Positions 16,479 to 25,753 of a DNA stretch of 64,000 bases are shown piece after piece. Every line of letters starts with the position of its first letter. The stretch's first letter is position 1. The stretch comes from an uncultured Gammaproteobacteria bacterium (GTDB lineage: Bacteria; Myxococcota_A; UBA796; JAJRTE01): NCBI GenBank assembly GCA_964418585.1, contig CAYQMG010000072.1, positions 19,121 to 83,120 of the forward strand, written 5' to 3'. The notes beneath the pieces are model-generated. The model was not told the origin of the DNA. It made no database searches and saw nothing but the letters and a program-made list of their open reading frames with translations. The position numbers were made by a program, and so were the translations under genes.

Positions 16479-19034
16479 ATGAGTCATATTCACGAAAACG
16501 AAGCCGCGGAACACGCGGCGCCGACCCTGTCGCTCCACGAGCGAAGCCCGTTCCTGACCGAGGCGCAACTGAAAGCGGAACTGTCCAAGTGCGAGTTCTG
16601 CGAAGAAAAACCCTGCCTCGAGGCCTGTCCATGCCACTGCTCGCCCGCAGACTTCATCCACGCAGCCCAGGTCGGCCTTCCTTCCGACATCCGCCGCGCA
16701 GCCGCCGAAATCATGACCCGAAACCCCCTCGGGGGCGTGTGCGGCATGGTTTGCCCGGACCATCACTGCATGGCAGCATGCGTGCACAAGAAACTCGATG
16801 GTGCAGTGGACATTCCCCAGGTGCAGGCCGCCCTGGTCCAGAAAGCCAAGGATCTGGGGGTGATGCCCGAACTGGCTTCGCCAACGCCGTCGGGCAGGCG
16901 CGTGGCAGTGATCGGTGGAGGTCCGGCAGGACTGGCGGCGGCCGGGACTCTGGCCCAACGGGGCCACGAGGTGACCTTGTTTGAGCGGGACGACCGTCTG
17001 GGCGGCATGTGTCTGTGCATCCCCGAATTCCGACTGGAACGTTCCGTTCTGGAGAGCGACATCGACTGGCTGATTTCTCAGACCGGTGTGCGGGTGGAAC
17101 TGGGTACCGAGGTTGGGTCGCCCACCGAACTGCTGTCCGAGGGGTACGACGCGGTGGTGGTGGCCACTGGACTCTGGGAGCCGATCCGACTCGGGATACC
17201 CGGGGAGGAACTGGCCACGGCGGCCACGGATTTCCTCAAGCATCCCGAACAGATCGACGTATCCGGTCGCGTGGCGGTCATCGGTGGCGGCGCCACGGCG
17301 TACGACTGCGCGGTGACAGCGATGGCCCAGGGAGCGGCCCGGGTCGAAATGTTCGCGCTGGAGAACCTCGCCGAAATGCCCCTCACCGAGAAGGAGATGA
17401 AGGGGCTGGTGAGCAGCGGGGTGGACGTGGGGGGGCGTGTCCAGGTCACCGAAATTCTCCAGGCGGGAGGCAAGATAACCGGTCTCCGGACCCGCAAGGT
17501 GAGCCTGCCTCGAGGCAAGACCTTCCATCCCACGCACATGGTCCCGGTCCCGGGCACGGAAACCCGGAGGGATGACTTCGATACAGTCATCATCGCCATT
17601 GGCCTCCGCTCCGGATTCCCTCGGGTGGAAGATCCCCGTGTGGTCTACGCAGGAGATTGCGCCGAAGGTCCGACCACGGTGGTGGAGGCGTCGGCGTCGG
17701 GCAAGAACGCTGCCGACGTGGTCGAGGCGATTTTCCAGGCGTCTCCCAGGCCGAGCTTCCCGAGGAACAAAAGTGGCCATGTCAAGAGCCGGGCACTGGT
17801 TCCGGGCTACGACACCCGACCGGTCGGGCTCGAGGCCGAATTCTTCGGCCGGCCCATCGAGACGCCCTTCCTCCTTTCGGCCGCCCCGCCCACCGACGGC
17901 CTCGAGCAGATGCGCAAGGCCTATGCGGCGGGATGGTCCGGGGGCATCATGAAAACCGCATTCGACGGGATCCCCATCCACATCCCCGAACGGTACATGT
18001 TCACCTTTGACAAGAACACCTACGCGAATTGCGACAACGTGTCCGGTCACCCCCTCGACCGCATGTGCCGGGAAATCGAGCAACTGGTCAAGGAGTTCCC
18101 GGACCGCCTCACCCTCGGCTCCACCGGGGGCCCGGTCACCGGAGACGACGAAGCGGACGCCCGCCAGTGGCAGAGCAACTCCCGCAAGCTGGAAAATGCG
18201 GGGGCCATGGGCATCGAGTTCAGCCTGTCGTGCCCGCAAGGAGGCGACGGGACCGAGGGCGACATCGTGTCTCAAAATGCGGCCCTGACCGCCAAGATCA
18301 TCGACTGGGTCCTTTCCACCGGCGACGGGAACGTGCCCAAGCTGTTCAAGTTGACCGGGGCGGTCACCTCGGTCGCAGCCATCGTGGCGGCCGCTCGAGA
18401 GGTCTTCGAGCGATATCCGGACAAGAAGGCCGGGATCACCCTCGCCAACAGCTTCCCCACCCTGGCGTTCCGCAAGGGGAACAAGCCGACGTGGGAAGAA
18501 GGTATCATCGTGGGGGCCAGCGGCGCCGGCATCCTCAACATCAGCTACCTCTCCCTCGCCAAGGTCGCCCACCTCGGCGTCACCGTGTCCGGAAACGGCG
18601 GCCCCATGGACTACAAGGCCGCGGCCGACTTCCTCGCCCTCGGTGCACGCACAGTCCAGTTCTGCACCATCGTAATGAAATACGGTTACGGCATCATCGA
18701 CCACCTCACCTCTGGCCTCAGCCACCTCATGGCCGACCGGGGCATCTCGAGCGTGCAGGAACTGATCGGGATCGCATTGCCAGACCCCATCACCGATTTC
18801 ATGGACCTCTCACCGGTCAAGAAGGTCTCCCAACCCATCCGCGATCTGTGTCTCCAGTGCGGCAACTGCACCCGCTGCCCCTATCTGGCCATCTCCATGG
18901 ACGCGGATGGATTCCCGGTGACCGACCCGTCCCGGTGCGTCGGATGTGGGATCTGCGCCCTCAAGTGCTTCGCATCGGCCATCGAAATGCGCGAGCGCAC
19001 GCCCGAAGAGGCCGCGGCGCTCAAGGAGTTCTGA
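16479..19034 (+). CDS. Dihydropyrimidine-dehydrogenase-type flavin/Fe-S oxidoreductase, fused GltD/PreT-like plus DHOD/PreA-like (YgfK-like)
   Basis: N-terminal 2x[4Fe-4S] Cys clusters (CEFCEEKPCLEACPC, CGMVCPDHHCMAAC). Two dinucleotide-binding motifs (VAVIGGGPAGLAAA, VAVIGGGATAYDCA). DHOD-like TIM barrel. C-terminal 2x[4Fe-4S] ferredoxin (CLQCGNCTRCP, CVGCGICALKC). ATG at 16479 with CAGGAG RBS; the listed ORF opens on an upstream TTG. ssnA follows 19 nt downstream, as ygfK-ssnA do in E. coli. Confidence 0.75.
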   Translation: MSHIHENEAAEHAAPTLSLHERSPFLTEAQLKAELSKCEFCEEKPCLEACPCHCSPADFIHAAQVGLPSDIRRAAAEIMTRNPLGGVCGMVCPDHHCMAACVHKKLDGAVDIPQVQAALVQKAKDLGVMPELASPTPSGRRVAVIGGGPAGLAAAGTLAQRGHEVTLFERDDRLGGMCLCIPEFRLERSVLESDIDWLISQTGVRVELGTEVGSPTELLSEGYDAVVVATGLWEPIRLGIPGEELATAATDFLKHPEQIDVSGRVAVIGGGATAYDCAVTAMAQGAARVEMFALENLAEMPLTEKEMKGLVSSGVDVGGRVQVTEILQAGGKITGLRTRKVSLPRGKTFHPTHMVPVPGTETRRDDFDTVIIAIGLRSGFPRVEDPRVVYAGDCAEGPTTVVEASASGKNAADVVEAIFQASPRPSFPRNKSGHVKSRALVPGYDTRPVGLEAEFFGRPIETPFLLSAAPPTDGLEQMRKAYAAGWSGGIMKTAFDGIPIHIPERYMFTFDKNTYANCDNVSGHPLDRMCREIEQLVKEFPDRLTLGSTGGPVTGDDEADARQWQSNSRKLENAGAMGIEFSLSCPQGGDGTEGDIVSQNAALTAKIIDWVLSTGDGNVPKLFKLTGAVTSVAAIVAAAREVFERYPDKKAGITLANSFPTLAFRKGNKPTWEEGIIVGASGAGILNISYLSLAKVAHLGVTVSGNGGPMDYKAAADFLALGARTVQFCTIVMKYGYGIIDHLTSGLSHLMADRGISSVQELIGIALPDPITDFMDLSPVKKVSQPIRDLCLQCGNCTRCPYLAISMDADGFPVTDPSRCVGCGICALKCFASAIEMRERTPEEAAALKEF

Positions 19035-19053
19035 CTTTTTCAGGAGGAGTTGC

Positions 19054-20379
19054 ATGAGCAAGTTGTTGATAAAGCACGGCACCGTCGTCACCCTGGGTGA
19101 GAACAACCAGGTCATCCACGACGGGGCCGTCCTGATCGAAGACGACAAGATCATCGGCGTGGGGCCCACTTCCGCACTCGAAGCTTCCTTCCAGGACGGA
19201 GAGGTCATCGACGCACGCAACCAGGTGGTCATGCCCGGGTTCATCTGCGCCCACCACCACCTCTACAGCACCATGGCTCGAGGATTCGCCCCTCCAGGAG
19301 AGCCGGCGGTGACGTTTGGGGAGATCCTGGAACGACTCTGGTGGCGTCTCGACCGGGCGCTCACCCCCGAGGATGTCACCTACAGCGCCCTGGTGCCGCT
19401 CATCGAGTGTATCAGGAACGGGACCACCACCATCCTGGACCACCACGCGAGCCCTTCTTGCCGAGACGGAAGCCTCGACCTGCTCGCCGACGCCGTGCTC
19501 CAGGCAGGAATCCGGGCCTCGCTCTGCTACGAGGTCTCGGACCGGAACGAACCGGGCGCCGGAGTCCAGGAGAACGCGCGGTTCCTGGAGAGGCTCCAGC
19601 ATGAAAAGACCGACCAACTGGCCGGCATGGTGGGTATCCACGCGTCGTTCACCGTTTCCGACCGCACCCTCGAGCAGTGCCGCTCGGTGGGCGAACGCTA
19701 CGGGGTCGGATATCACATCCACGTGGCCGAGGGCGTCGAAGACCACCAGCATGCGCTCGAGCACCATCATGTGCGCACGGTGAAGCGCCTGGTGGACCGG
19801 GGGATTTGCGGAGAGGGTTCGCTGTTCATCCATTGCATTCACATTGACGACCACGAAATGGACCTCATCCGGGACACCGGAACCATTGTGGTTCACAACC
19901 CCGAATCCAACATGAACAACGCCGTGGGGGTGGCTCGAGTCCTGGAGATGATGGACAAGGGTATCCTCGTCGGACTGGGCACGGACGGGATGTCCTCGGA
20001 CATGCCTGCCCAGATGCGCTGCGCCTACCTGCTCCACCGGCTCGAAAAACGGGACCCTCGAGTCGCTTTCGTGGAGGCACCTCAGATGCTCCTGTTCAAC
20101 AACGCCCGCATCGCCAACCGATTCTTCCCGGTCAAGCTCGGGAGCATCGAGGTGGGAGCAGCGGCGGACCTGGCCTTGCTCGACTATCTGCCGCCCACGG
20201 AATTCAACTCGAGCAACTTCCTCGGGCACTTCATCTTCGGGATGGTGGATGCCACGGTGGACACCACGATCGCCCGGGGGAAGGTGCTGATGCGCAACAA
20301 GCAGATCCTGGTGCTTGACGAGGAGCGGATCGCGGCACGGAGCCGCGAACTGGCTGCCGGGGTCTGGGAGCGGTTCTAG
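19054..20379 (+). CDS. ssnA: Putative aminohydrolase SsnA (amidohydrolase superfamily)
   Basis: Long stretches are near-identical to E. coli SsnA (ILERLWWRLDRAL...ILDHHASP...). ATG at 19054 with AGGAGG RBS. About 441 aa. Confidence 0.85.
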   Translation: MSKLLIKHGTVVTLGENNQVIHDGAVLIEDDKIIGVGPTSALEASFQDGEVIDARNQVVMPGFICAHHHLYSTMARGFAPPGEPAVTFGEILERLWWRLDRALTPEDVTYSALVPLIECIRNGTTTILDHHASPSCRDGSLDLLADAVLQAGIRASLCYEVSDRNEPGAGVQENARFLERLQHEKTDQLAGMVGIHASFTVSDRTLEQCRSVGERYGVGYHIHVAEGVEDHQHALEHHHVRTVKRLVDRGICGEGSLFIHCIHIDDHEMDLIRDTGTIVVHNPESNMNNAVGVARVLEMMDKGILVGLGTDGMSSDMPAQMRCAYLLHRLEKRDPRVAFVEAPQMLLFNNARIANRFFPVKLGSIEVGAAADLALLDYLPPTEFNSSNFLGHFIFGMVDATVDTTIARGKVLMRNKQILVLDEERIAARSRELAAGVWERF

Positions 20380-20401
20380 GAAGCGGAACGGGAGGCCGCG
20401 A

Positions 20402-21607
20402 TCAGGGCATCTGCAATACCTTCGCGGCCTTTGCCACCGCCAGGTCAATCTCTTCCCGGGTCACAACAAGCGGCGGGGCGAAACGGATCACGTTCTCGTG
20501 GGTCTCTTTGCAGAGGACGCCTTCGTCCATCAACGCCTCGCAGAACCGACGGGCGCCACCGGCGGAAGGCTTCAGCACCACGCCGATGAGCAGGCCCTTG
20601 CCCCGAACATGGTCCACATGGGGACTGTCGATGGCCCGCAAGCGGGTCATGAAATAGTCTCCAAGCTCTGCGGCCCGACCCGGCAAGTCGTCACGGACCA
20701 GAATCTCGATCGCCTTCCGGCCCACTGCACAGGCGAGGGGATTGCCTCCGAAAGTGGAACCGTGCTCGCCCGGCGTGAACAACCCCAGCACTTCGGACCG
20801 ACCGACCACCGCGGAGACGGGGAGCAGCCCACCCCCCAGGGCTTTGCCCAGGGTCATCATGTCCACGACGACATCCTCGTGCTGGAAAGCGAACATCTTG
20901 CCCGTCCGGCCCAGTCCGGTCTGAATCTCGTCCACCACCAGCAATACCTGGTGCTGGTCACACAGGGCACGCACCTTCCGGAGATAGCCTTCGGGTGGTA
21001 CCACCACACCGGCCTCCCCCTGGATGGGCTCCACCAGAAACGCCACCGTGTTCGGCGTGACAGCGGCCTCGAGTGCGTCCAGATCTCCATAGGGAACCAC
21101 CTTGAATCCCGGGGTAAACGGGCCGAAATCCTCCCGATAGAGCGTCTCCGTGGAAAAGGAGACCACCGTGGTGGTCCGTCCGTGGAAGTTGTTCTCACAC
21201 ACAATGATCTCGGCATCGTACCGGGGAACCCCCTTGACGCGATAGCCCCACTTGCGGGCCGCCTTGATCGCAGTCTCCACCGCCTCGGCCCCGGTATTCA
21301 TCGGGAGCATGAGGTCCATTCCGCACAGCTCACACAGTTCTCGAGCAAACGGACCTAGCTGATCGTTGTGAAAGGCCCGTGAGGTCACGGCCACCCGTGC
21401 AGCCTGTTCGACCAGGGTGGCGATCAGCTCCGGATGGCTGTGCCCGTGGCTCATGGCCGAGTAGGCGCTCAGCATGTCCATGTACCGCCGACCCTCCACG
21501 TCGGTAACCCAGACACCCTGGGCTCGAGCAATCACCACGGGCAGGGGGTGGTAGTTGTGGGCGCTATAGGCCTCTGTCAATGTCACGAGTTCTCGAGTGG
21601 TTGCCAT
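20402..21607 (-). CDS. rocD: Ornithine aminotransferase (class-III PLP aminotransferase)
   Basis: MATTRELVTLTEAYSAHNYHPLPVVIARAQGVWVTDVEGRRYMDMLSAYSA... and the rest track B. subtilis RocD closely. ATG at 21607 with CAGGAG RBS; the listed ORF opens upstream without support. Confidence 0.8.
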   Translation of the reverse strand: MATTRELVTLTEAYSAHNYHPLPVVIARAQGVWVTDVEGRRYMDMLSAYSAMSHGHSHPELIATLVEQAARVAVTSRAFHNDQLGPFARELCELCGMDLMLPMNTGAEAVETAIKAARKWGYRVKGVPRYDAEIIVCENNFHGRTTTVVSFSTETLYREDFGPFTPGFKVVPYGDLDALEAAVTPNTVAFLVEPIQGEAGVVVPPEGYLRKVRALCDQHQVLLVVDEIQTGLGRTGKMFAFQHEDVVVDMMTLGKALGGGLLPVSAVVGRSEVLGLFTPGEHGSTFGGNPLACAVGRKAIEILVRDDLPGRAAELGDYFMTRLRAIDSPHVDHVRGKGLLIGVVLKPSAGGARRFCEALMDEGVLCKETHENVIRFAPPLVVTREEIDLAVAKAAKVLQMP

Positions 21608-21748
21608 GACGACTCCTGAGACACGCCGGACTCCCAACGTCCGGGGGGACCGTGGTGTTCGACGTGCGGACAAGGCCCTGCCGCCTCGAGACTCCTGCGG
21701 ATCAAGCACGTTGCCACGAGGAGCTGGAGGTCGGCAAAGCGTGTGGGT

Positions 21749-22669
21749 TCATTCTCCCATCAGCAGAAGCATGATCGCTTTCTGGGTGTGCAGCCGGTTT
21801 TCGGCCTGATCGAAGATCACCGACCGCTCATGATCACAGACCTCGTCGGTGACCTCTTCGCCCCGATGAGCAGGAAGGCAGTGCATGAAGATGGCGTCCT
21901 CCTTGGCCCGGGCGAACAGGTCCATGTTCACCTGGAATCCAGCGAAGTCGCGCAAGCGCTTTTCCCGCTCCGCTTCCTGGCCCATGGAAGCCCAGACATC
22001 GGTGTAGACCACATCCGCCCCCTGGACGGCCGTGGTGGGGTCGTTGGTCACCTCGACGCGGACGCCACGCCGGGCCGCGTCGTCCGCGACCGCGTCCAGG
22101 ACCTGCGGGGAAGGCTCATACCCTGTGGGCGATGCGACCGCAATGTGCATTCCCACCTTGACTGCCCCGGCGATGAGAGAGTGGGCCATGTTGTTGCCGT
22201 CGCCGATGTAGGCGATCTTGCGACCGGCAAGGTCTCCCTTGTGCTCGCGGATGGTGAAGTAGTCGCACAGGGCCTGGCAGGGGTGCACCTCGTCATCCAA
22301 CCCGTTGATCACCGGCACGGTTCCGTACCGGGCGAGGTCGAGGATGTCCTGGTGAGCAAAGACTCGAGCCATGATTCCGTCCACGTAGCGGGAGAGGACT
22401 CGAGCGGTATCGGCGATGGTCTCGCCCCGGCCCAGTTGGAGGTCGCGGGCACCGAGGAACAGGGCGTGACCGCCCAACTGGAACATGCCCACCTCGAAGG
22501 AGACGCGGGTTCGCGTGGACGATTTCTGGAACAGCATGCCCAGGGTCTTGCCTTGAAGTCGCTGGGCATAGGCGCCGGGGTCGTCCTTGACGGCCCGGGT
22601 CAAGGTGAGGATTTCCTCCACGTCCTCGAAAGTGAGGTCACGTATCGTAAGCAAGTGTCTGGCGTTCAT
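21749..22669 (-). CDS. argF: Ornithine carbamoyltransferase
   Basis: STRTR carbamoyl-phosphate motif, HCLP motif and OTC-type ornithine-binding region (DxxxSMG). About 306 aa from ATG 22669 (MNARHLLTIRDLT...). Whether it is anabolic or catabolic (arcB-like) cannot be decided from sequence. Confidence 0.8.
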   Translation of the reverse strand: MNARHLLTIRDLTFEDVEEILTLTRAVKDDPGAYAQRLQGKTLGMLFQKSSTRTRVSFEVGMFQLGGHALFLGARDLQLGRGETIADTARVLSRYVDGIMARVFAHQDILDLARYGTVPVINGLDDEVHPCQALCDYFTIREHKGDLAGRKIAYIGDGNNMAHSLIAGAVKVGMHIAVASPTGYEPSPQVLDAVADDAARRGVRVEVTNDPTTAVQGADVVYTDVWASMGQEAEREKRLRDFAGFQVNMDLFARAKEDAIFMHCLPAHRGEEVTDEVCDHERSVIFDQAENRLHTQKAIMLLLMGE

Positions 22670-22837
22670 GGCGAAAAGCTCTCCTCCGCTATGCCGACGG
22701 TCGGGAACGGCGACGCCCTCCGAGGGTGTCGCGCCCCGCCAGGCGGGAACACGAGTCAGGCGCACCCAAGTATTCTGAAAACGAGCCAACATTCAAGACC
22801 AAAGCGACTCCTCCGGTACCGTGGAGGGGCGCCGGTG

Positions 22838-22862
22838 GGGCCGAGCCCGTTTTTTTTGTTCC
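22838..22862 (+). terminator. Intrinsic-terminator-like hairpin (GGGC-cga-GCCC) followed by T8, in the leader of the PLP-enzyme/ygeW operon: candidate attenuator
   Basis: gggccgagcccgttttttttg on the + strand, preceded by a second 7-bp stem (ctcctcc...ggagggg). A T8 run is exceptional at this GC content. It lies about 160 nt upstream of the 23023 ATG, with no + strand gene upstream to terminate. Confidence 0.3.
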
Positions 22863-23022
22863 ATTTCCGTTCAGTCATGCTACCTTACCAGCTTTGTCGA
22901 AGAATCTGGCCAGTTCGAAAATGCGTGGATGGGCGCAGGCGGACTGGACATCCGGAGCGGTCGTGAAGGATCGGCCTGTCTGGACCCCATCCACCTCGAG
23001 GCACACCATCGAAGGGAGCGTC

Positions 23023-24513
23023 ATGAAACACCGAATCATCGAGAACATTCGCGAAGACGTGCTGAAGAAATCGATTCAACGAGCCCGGGTGCGGGGCGTC
23101 ATTCTTCCCCGATTTGCGGAGCAAAAGGACCCGAGCCTGGTGCCGGCGAAGATCGTGGAAAAGCTGGCCGACGTGGGCCTGTGGGACGTGAACCCTCTGA
23201 ATCTGTTCCGGATCACGTGGTACAATGAGCCGAAGGCCCATGGCGGCGGATTCGGGGAGGGGAACTGGATCGAGTTCCCGCCCGAGTTGACCGGGGTGGA
23301 AGCTCGTATCGTGGGCCTGGTGGGCAAATGGTTCCCCACCGGAGCCCACAAGGTGGGCGCAGCCTACGGGTGTCTCGTGCCGCGCCTGATTTCCGGGAAT
23401 TTCGACCCCATCATGCAGAAGGCGGTCTGGCCGTCCACGGGCAACTACTGTCGAGGTGGGGCCTATGACTGTGCACTCCTGGCCTGCCCGGCCATCGCCA
23501 TCCTGCCCGAGGGGATGAGCCGCGAGCGTTTCGACTGGCTGCGAGAGATCGGGACGGACGAAATCATCGCCACCCCTGGGACGGAATCGAACGTGAAGGA
23601 GATCTACGACATGTGCTGGGAACTCCGCAAGGAGCGGGGTGATGAAATCGTAATCTTCAACCAGTTCGAGGAGTTTGGCAACGCGATCTGGCACTATCAC
23701 ATGACCGGGTCCGTTGTGGAGCACATTTTCGAGCACCACATCAAGACCGAGCGCAGCCGGTTGTCCGGGTACATCAGTGCCACCGGTTCGGCGGGCACCA
23801 TTGCGGCGGGGGACTATCTCCGGACCCGGTATCCTGGGATCCGGGTGACCGCCAGTGAGGCGTTGCAGTGTCCGACGCTCTACCAGTTTGGCTTTGGAGA
23901 GCACCGAATCGAGGGAATTGGTGACAAGCACGTGCCCTGGATCCACAACGTGAAGAACACCGACATGGTGTGCGCGGTGGACGACGAGCAGACCATGCGG
24001 CTCCTGCGCCTGTTCAACGAGGACGCCGGGCGCGATGTGCTGGTGGAGCGCGGAGTGGACGCGGCCGTGGTCGATCAACTTCCACTCCTCGGTATCTCCA
24101 GCATTTGCAACCTGGTTGCAGCCATCAAGACCGCCAGGTACTACGACATGGACGGCCGTGATGTCCTGTTCACACCGCTCACCGACTCCACGGAGCTTTA
24201 CGGTTCCCGAATCCAGGAGGCCCGTGAGCAGTTCGGGGCCTACACCCGCACCGATGCACTGGTGGATGCGGCCCGGTACCTGGATGGAACCAACACGGAT
24301 CACATGAGAGAGCTGACCTATCACGACCGCAAGGCCCTGCACAACTTCAAGTATTTCACCTGGATCGAGCAGCAAGGACGCACTTCGGACGAGCTGCATG
24401 AACTGTGGGACGACGATTTCTGGGCCGAGATTTTCTCCCAGGAACAGATCGATGAATGGGACCGGTTGATCGAGCAGTTCAACGAGGCCACCGGGTTGCT
24501 GAAGAACCTGTGA
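23023..24513 (+). CDS. Fold-type-II PLP-dependent enzyme, tryptophan-synthase-beta-like (GAHK lysine motif), unknown specificity
   Basis: PTGAHKVGAAYG (PLP-Lys motif of TrpB-like enzymes) and STGNYCRGGAYDCALL (Gly-rich phosphate loop). 496 aa from ATG 23023 with GAAGGGAG RBS. 39 nt upstream of ygeW on the same strand. Confidence 0.6.
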   Translation: MKHRIIENIREDVLKKSIQRARVRGVILPRFAEQKDPSLVPAKIVEKLADVGLWDVNPLNLFRITWYNEPKAHGGGFGEGNWIEFPPELTGVEARIVGLVGKWFPTGAHKVGAAYGCLVPRLISGNFDPIMQKAVWPSTGNYCRGGAYDCALLACPAIAILPEGMSRERFDWLREIGTDEIIATPGTESNVKEIYDMCWELRKERGDEIVIFNQFEEFGNAIWHYHMTGSVVEHIFEHHIKTERSRLSGYISATGSAGTIAAGDYLRTRYPGIRVTASEALQCPTLYQFGFGEHRIEGIGDKHVPWIHNVKNTDMVCAVDDEQTMRLLRLFNEDAGRDVLVERGVDAAVVDQLPLLGISSICNLVAAIKTARYYDMDGRDVLFTPLTDSTELYGSRIQEAREQFGAYTRTDALVDAARYLDGTNTDHMRELTYHDRKALHNFKYFTWIEQQGRTSDELHELWDDDFWAEIFSQEQIDEWDRLIEQFNEATGLLKNL

Positions 24514-24552
24514 GCCGGACCGAGCCCGGTACGAGATAGAAGGAGCAGTGCG

Positions 24553-25746
24553 ATGAAAGAACGAATACGAACGTTGATCGACCAACTCGCCGACACGCCG
24601 ACCGGCCTGTACCAGAAGGATTTCCTTCTCACCTGGAACCAAACCGACGCCGACCTCCGGGCCGTGCTGTTGGCCACCGAGATCCTCGAGGCATTCTACC
24701 GGGCCAACATCGATGCACGCACGTTCCGCGGTTCTTTGGCCGTCTCCCTGTTCCGCGACAAGTCCACCCGGACGCGCTTTTCGTTCGCCAGTGCGGCCAG
24801 CTTGCTCGGCCTCTCACTCATGGATCTCGACGAGACCAAGTCCCAGGTGGCGCACGGTGAAACGGTGCGCGAGACCGCCAACATGATCTCCTTCCTCACC
24901 GAGGTGATCGGGATTCGGGACGACATGTTCATCGGCGAGGGACACGAGTACATGGCCGAGGTTTCCCGGTCGGTGGAGGCCGGGTTCGCCGAAGGCGTGC
25001 TTCCGCAACGACCGGCGGTCATCAACCTGCAATGCGACCGGGATCACCCCACCCAGTCGATGGCCGACCTCATGCACCTGGTCAAGACCTTCGGGTCGCT
25101 CGAGGCACTCCGGGGCAAGAAGATCGCCATGACCTGGGCCCACTCGCCATCCTACGGAAAGCCGCTCTCGGTCCCCCAGGGCATCATCGGACTCATGACT
25201 CGCTTCGGCATGCACGTGACTCTCGCCCACCCGGAAGGGTATGACCTGATGCCGGACATCGTGACCAAGGCCGAGGCATTCGCCAAGGAGTCCGGAGGCC
25301 GGTTCGAGACCACCCACAGCATGGCGGATGCGTTTGCGGACGCCGACATCGTCTACCCCAAGAGCTGGGCGCCGTTCCAGGTGATGCAGGAACGGACACG
25401 CCTGCTCCGGGCCGGAAAAGCCGCAGAACTCGACAGGCTCGAGAAGCAATGCCTGGAGGACAACGCACGGCACCGCGACTGGGAATGCACCGAGGACCTG
25501 ATGGCCCTCACCAGGCAAGGCAATGGCCTCTACATGCACTGCCTGCCTGCGGACATCACCGGCGTGAGCTGTGAAGCGGGCGAGGTCGCGGCCTCGGTAT
25601 TCGACCGGTATCGCTGGCCGACCTATCGTGAGGCGGAGCACAAGCCCTACGTCATGGCGGCGATGATCCTGCTCACCCGGTTCGAGGAGCCTGCACGTAT
25701 CCTGGGCGACCTGCTTGCCAAGGACGCCCCTCGGCGCATGCGGTGA
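24553..25746 (+). CDS. ygeW: YgeW-type (knotted) carbamoyltransferase
   Basis: 397 aa. Long stretches are near-identical to E. coli YgeW (KDFLLTW, SxFRDxSTRTRFS, KSQVAHGETVRETANMISF, LPQRPAVINLQCDxDHPTQSMADL, KKIAMTWAxSPSYGKPLSVPQGIIGLMTRFGM, LYMHCLPADI). Confidence 0.85.
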   Translation: MKERIRTLIDQLADTPTGLYQKDFLLTWNQTDADLRAVLLATEILEAFYRANIDARTFRGSLAVSLFRDKSTRTRFSFASAASLLGLSLMDLDETKSQVAHGETVRETANMISFLTEVIGIRDDMFIGEGHEYMAEVSRSVEAGFAEGVLPQRPAVINLQCDRDHPTQSMADLMHLVKTFGSLEALRGKKIAMTWAHSPSYGKPLSVPQGIIGLMTRFGMHVTLAHPEGYDLMPDIVTKAEAFAKESGGRFETTHSMADAFADADIVYPKSWAPFQVMQERTRLLRAGKAAELDRLEKQCLEDNARHRDWECTEDLMALTRQGNGLYMHCLPADITGVSCEAGEVAASVFDRYRWPTYREAEHKPYVMAAMILLTRFEEPARILGDLLAKDAPRRMR

Positions 25747-25753
25747 GCACCGG

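Noticed and set aside
22765-22795. ARG-box-like inverted repeat TGAAAACGAGCCAACATTCA in the OTC/OAT promoter region
   Set aside because: The half-sites are separated by about 10 nt rather than the 4 nt of the ArgR consensus (TGAAT-wwww-ATTCA). It is probably chance.
22726-23022. Upstream in-frame extension of the PLP enzyme (MSRPARRE..., or MRGWAQ... at 22921)
   Set aside because: It has no RBS, its low-complexity sequence overlaps the leader hairpin/T8 element, and the ATG at 23023 has a good GAAGGGAG RBS.
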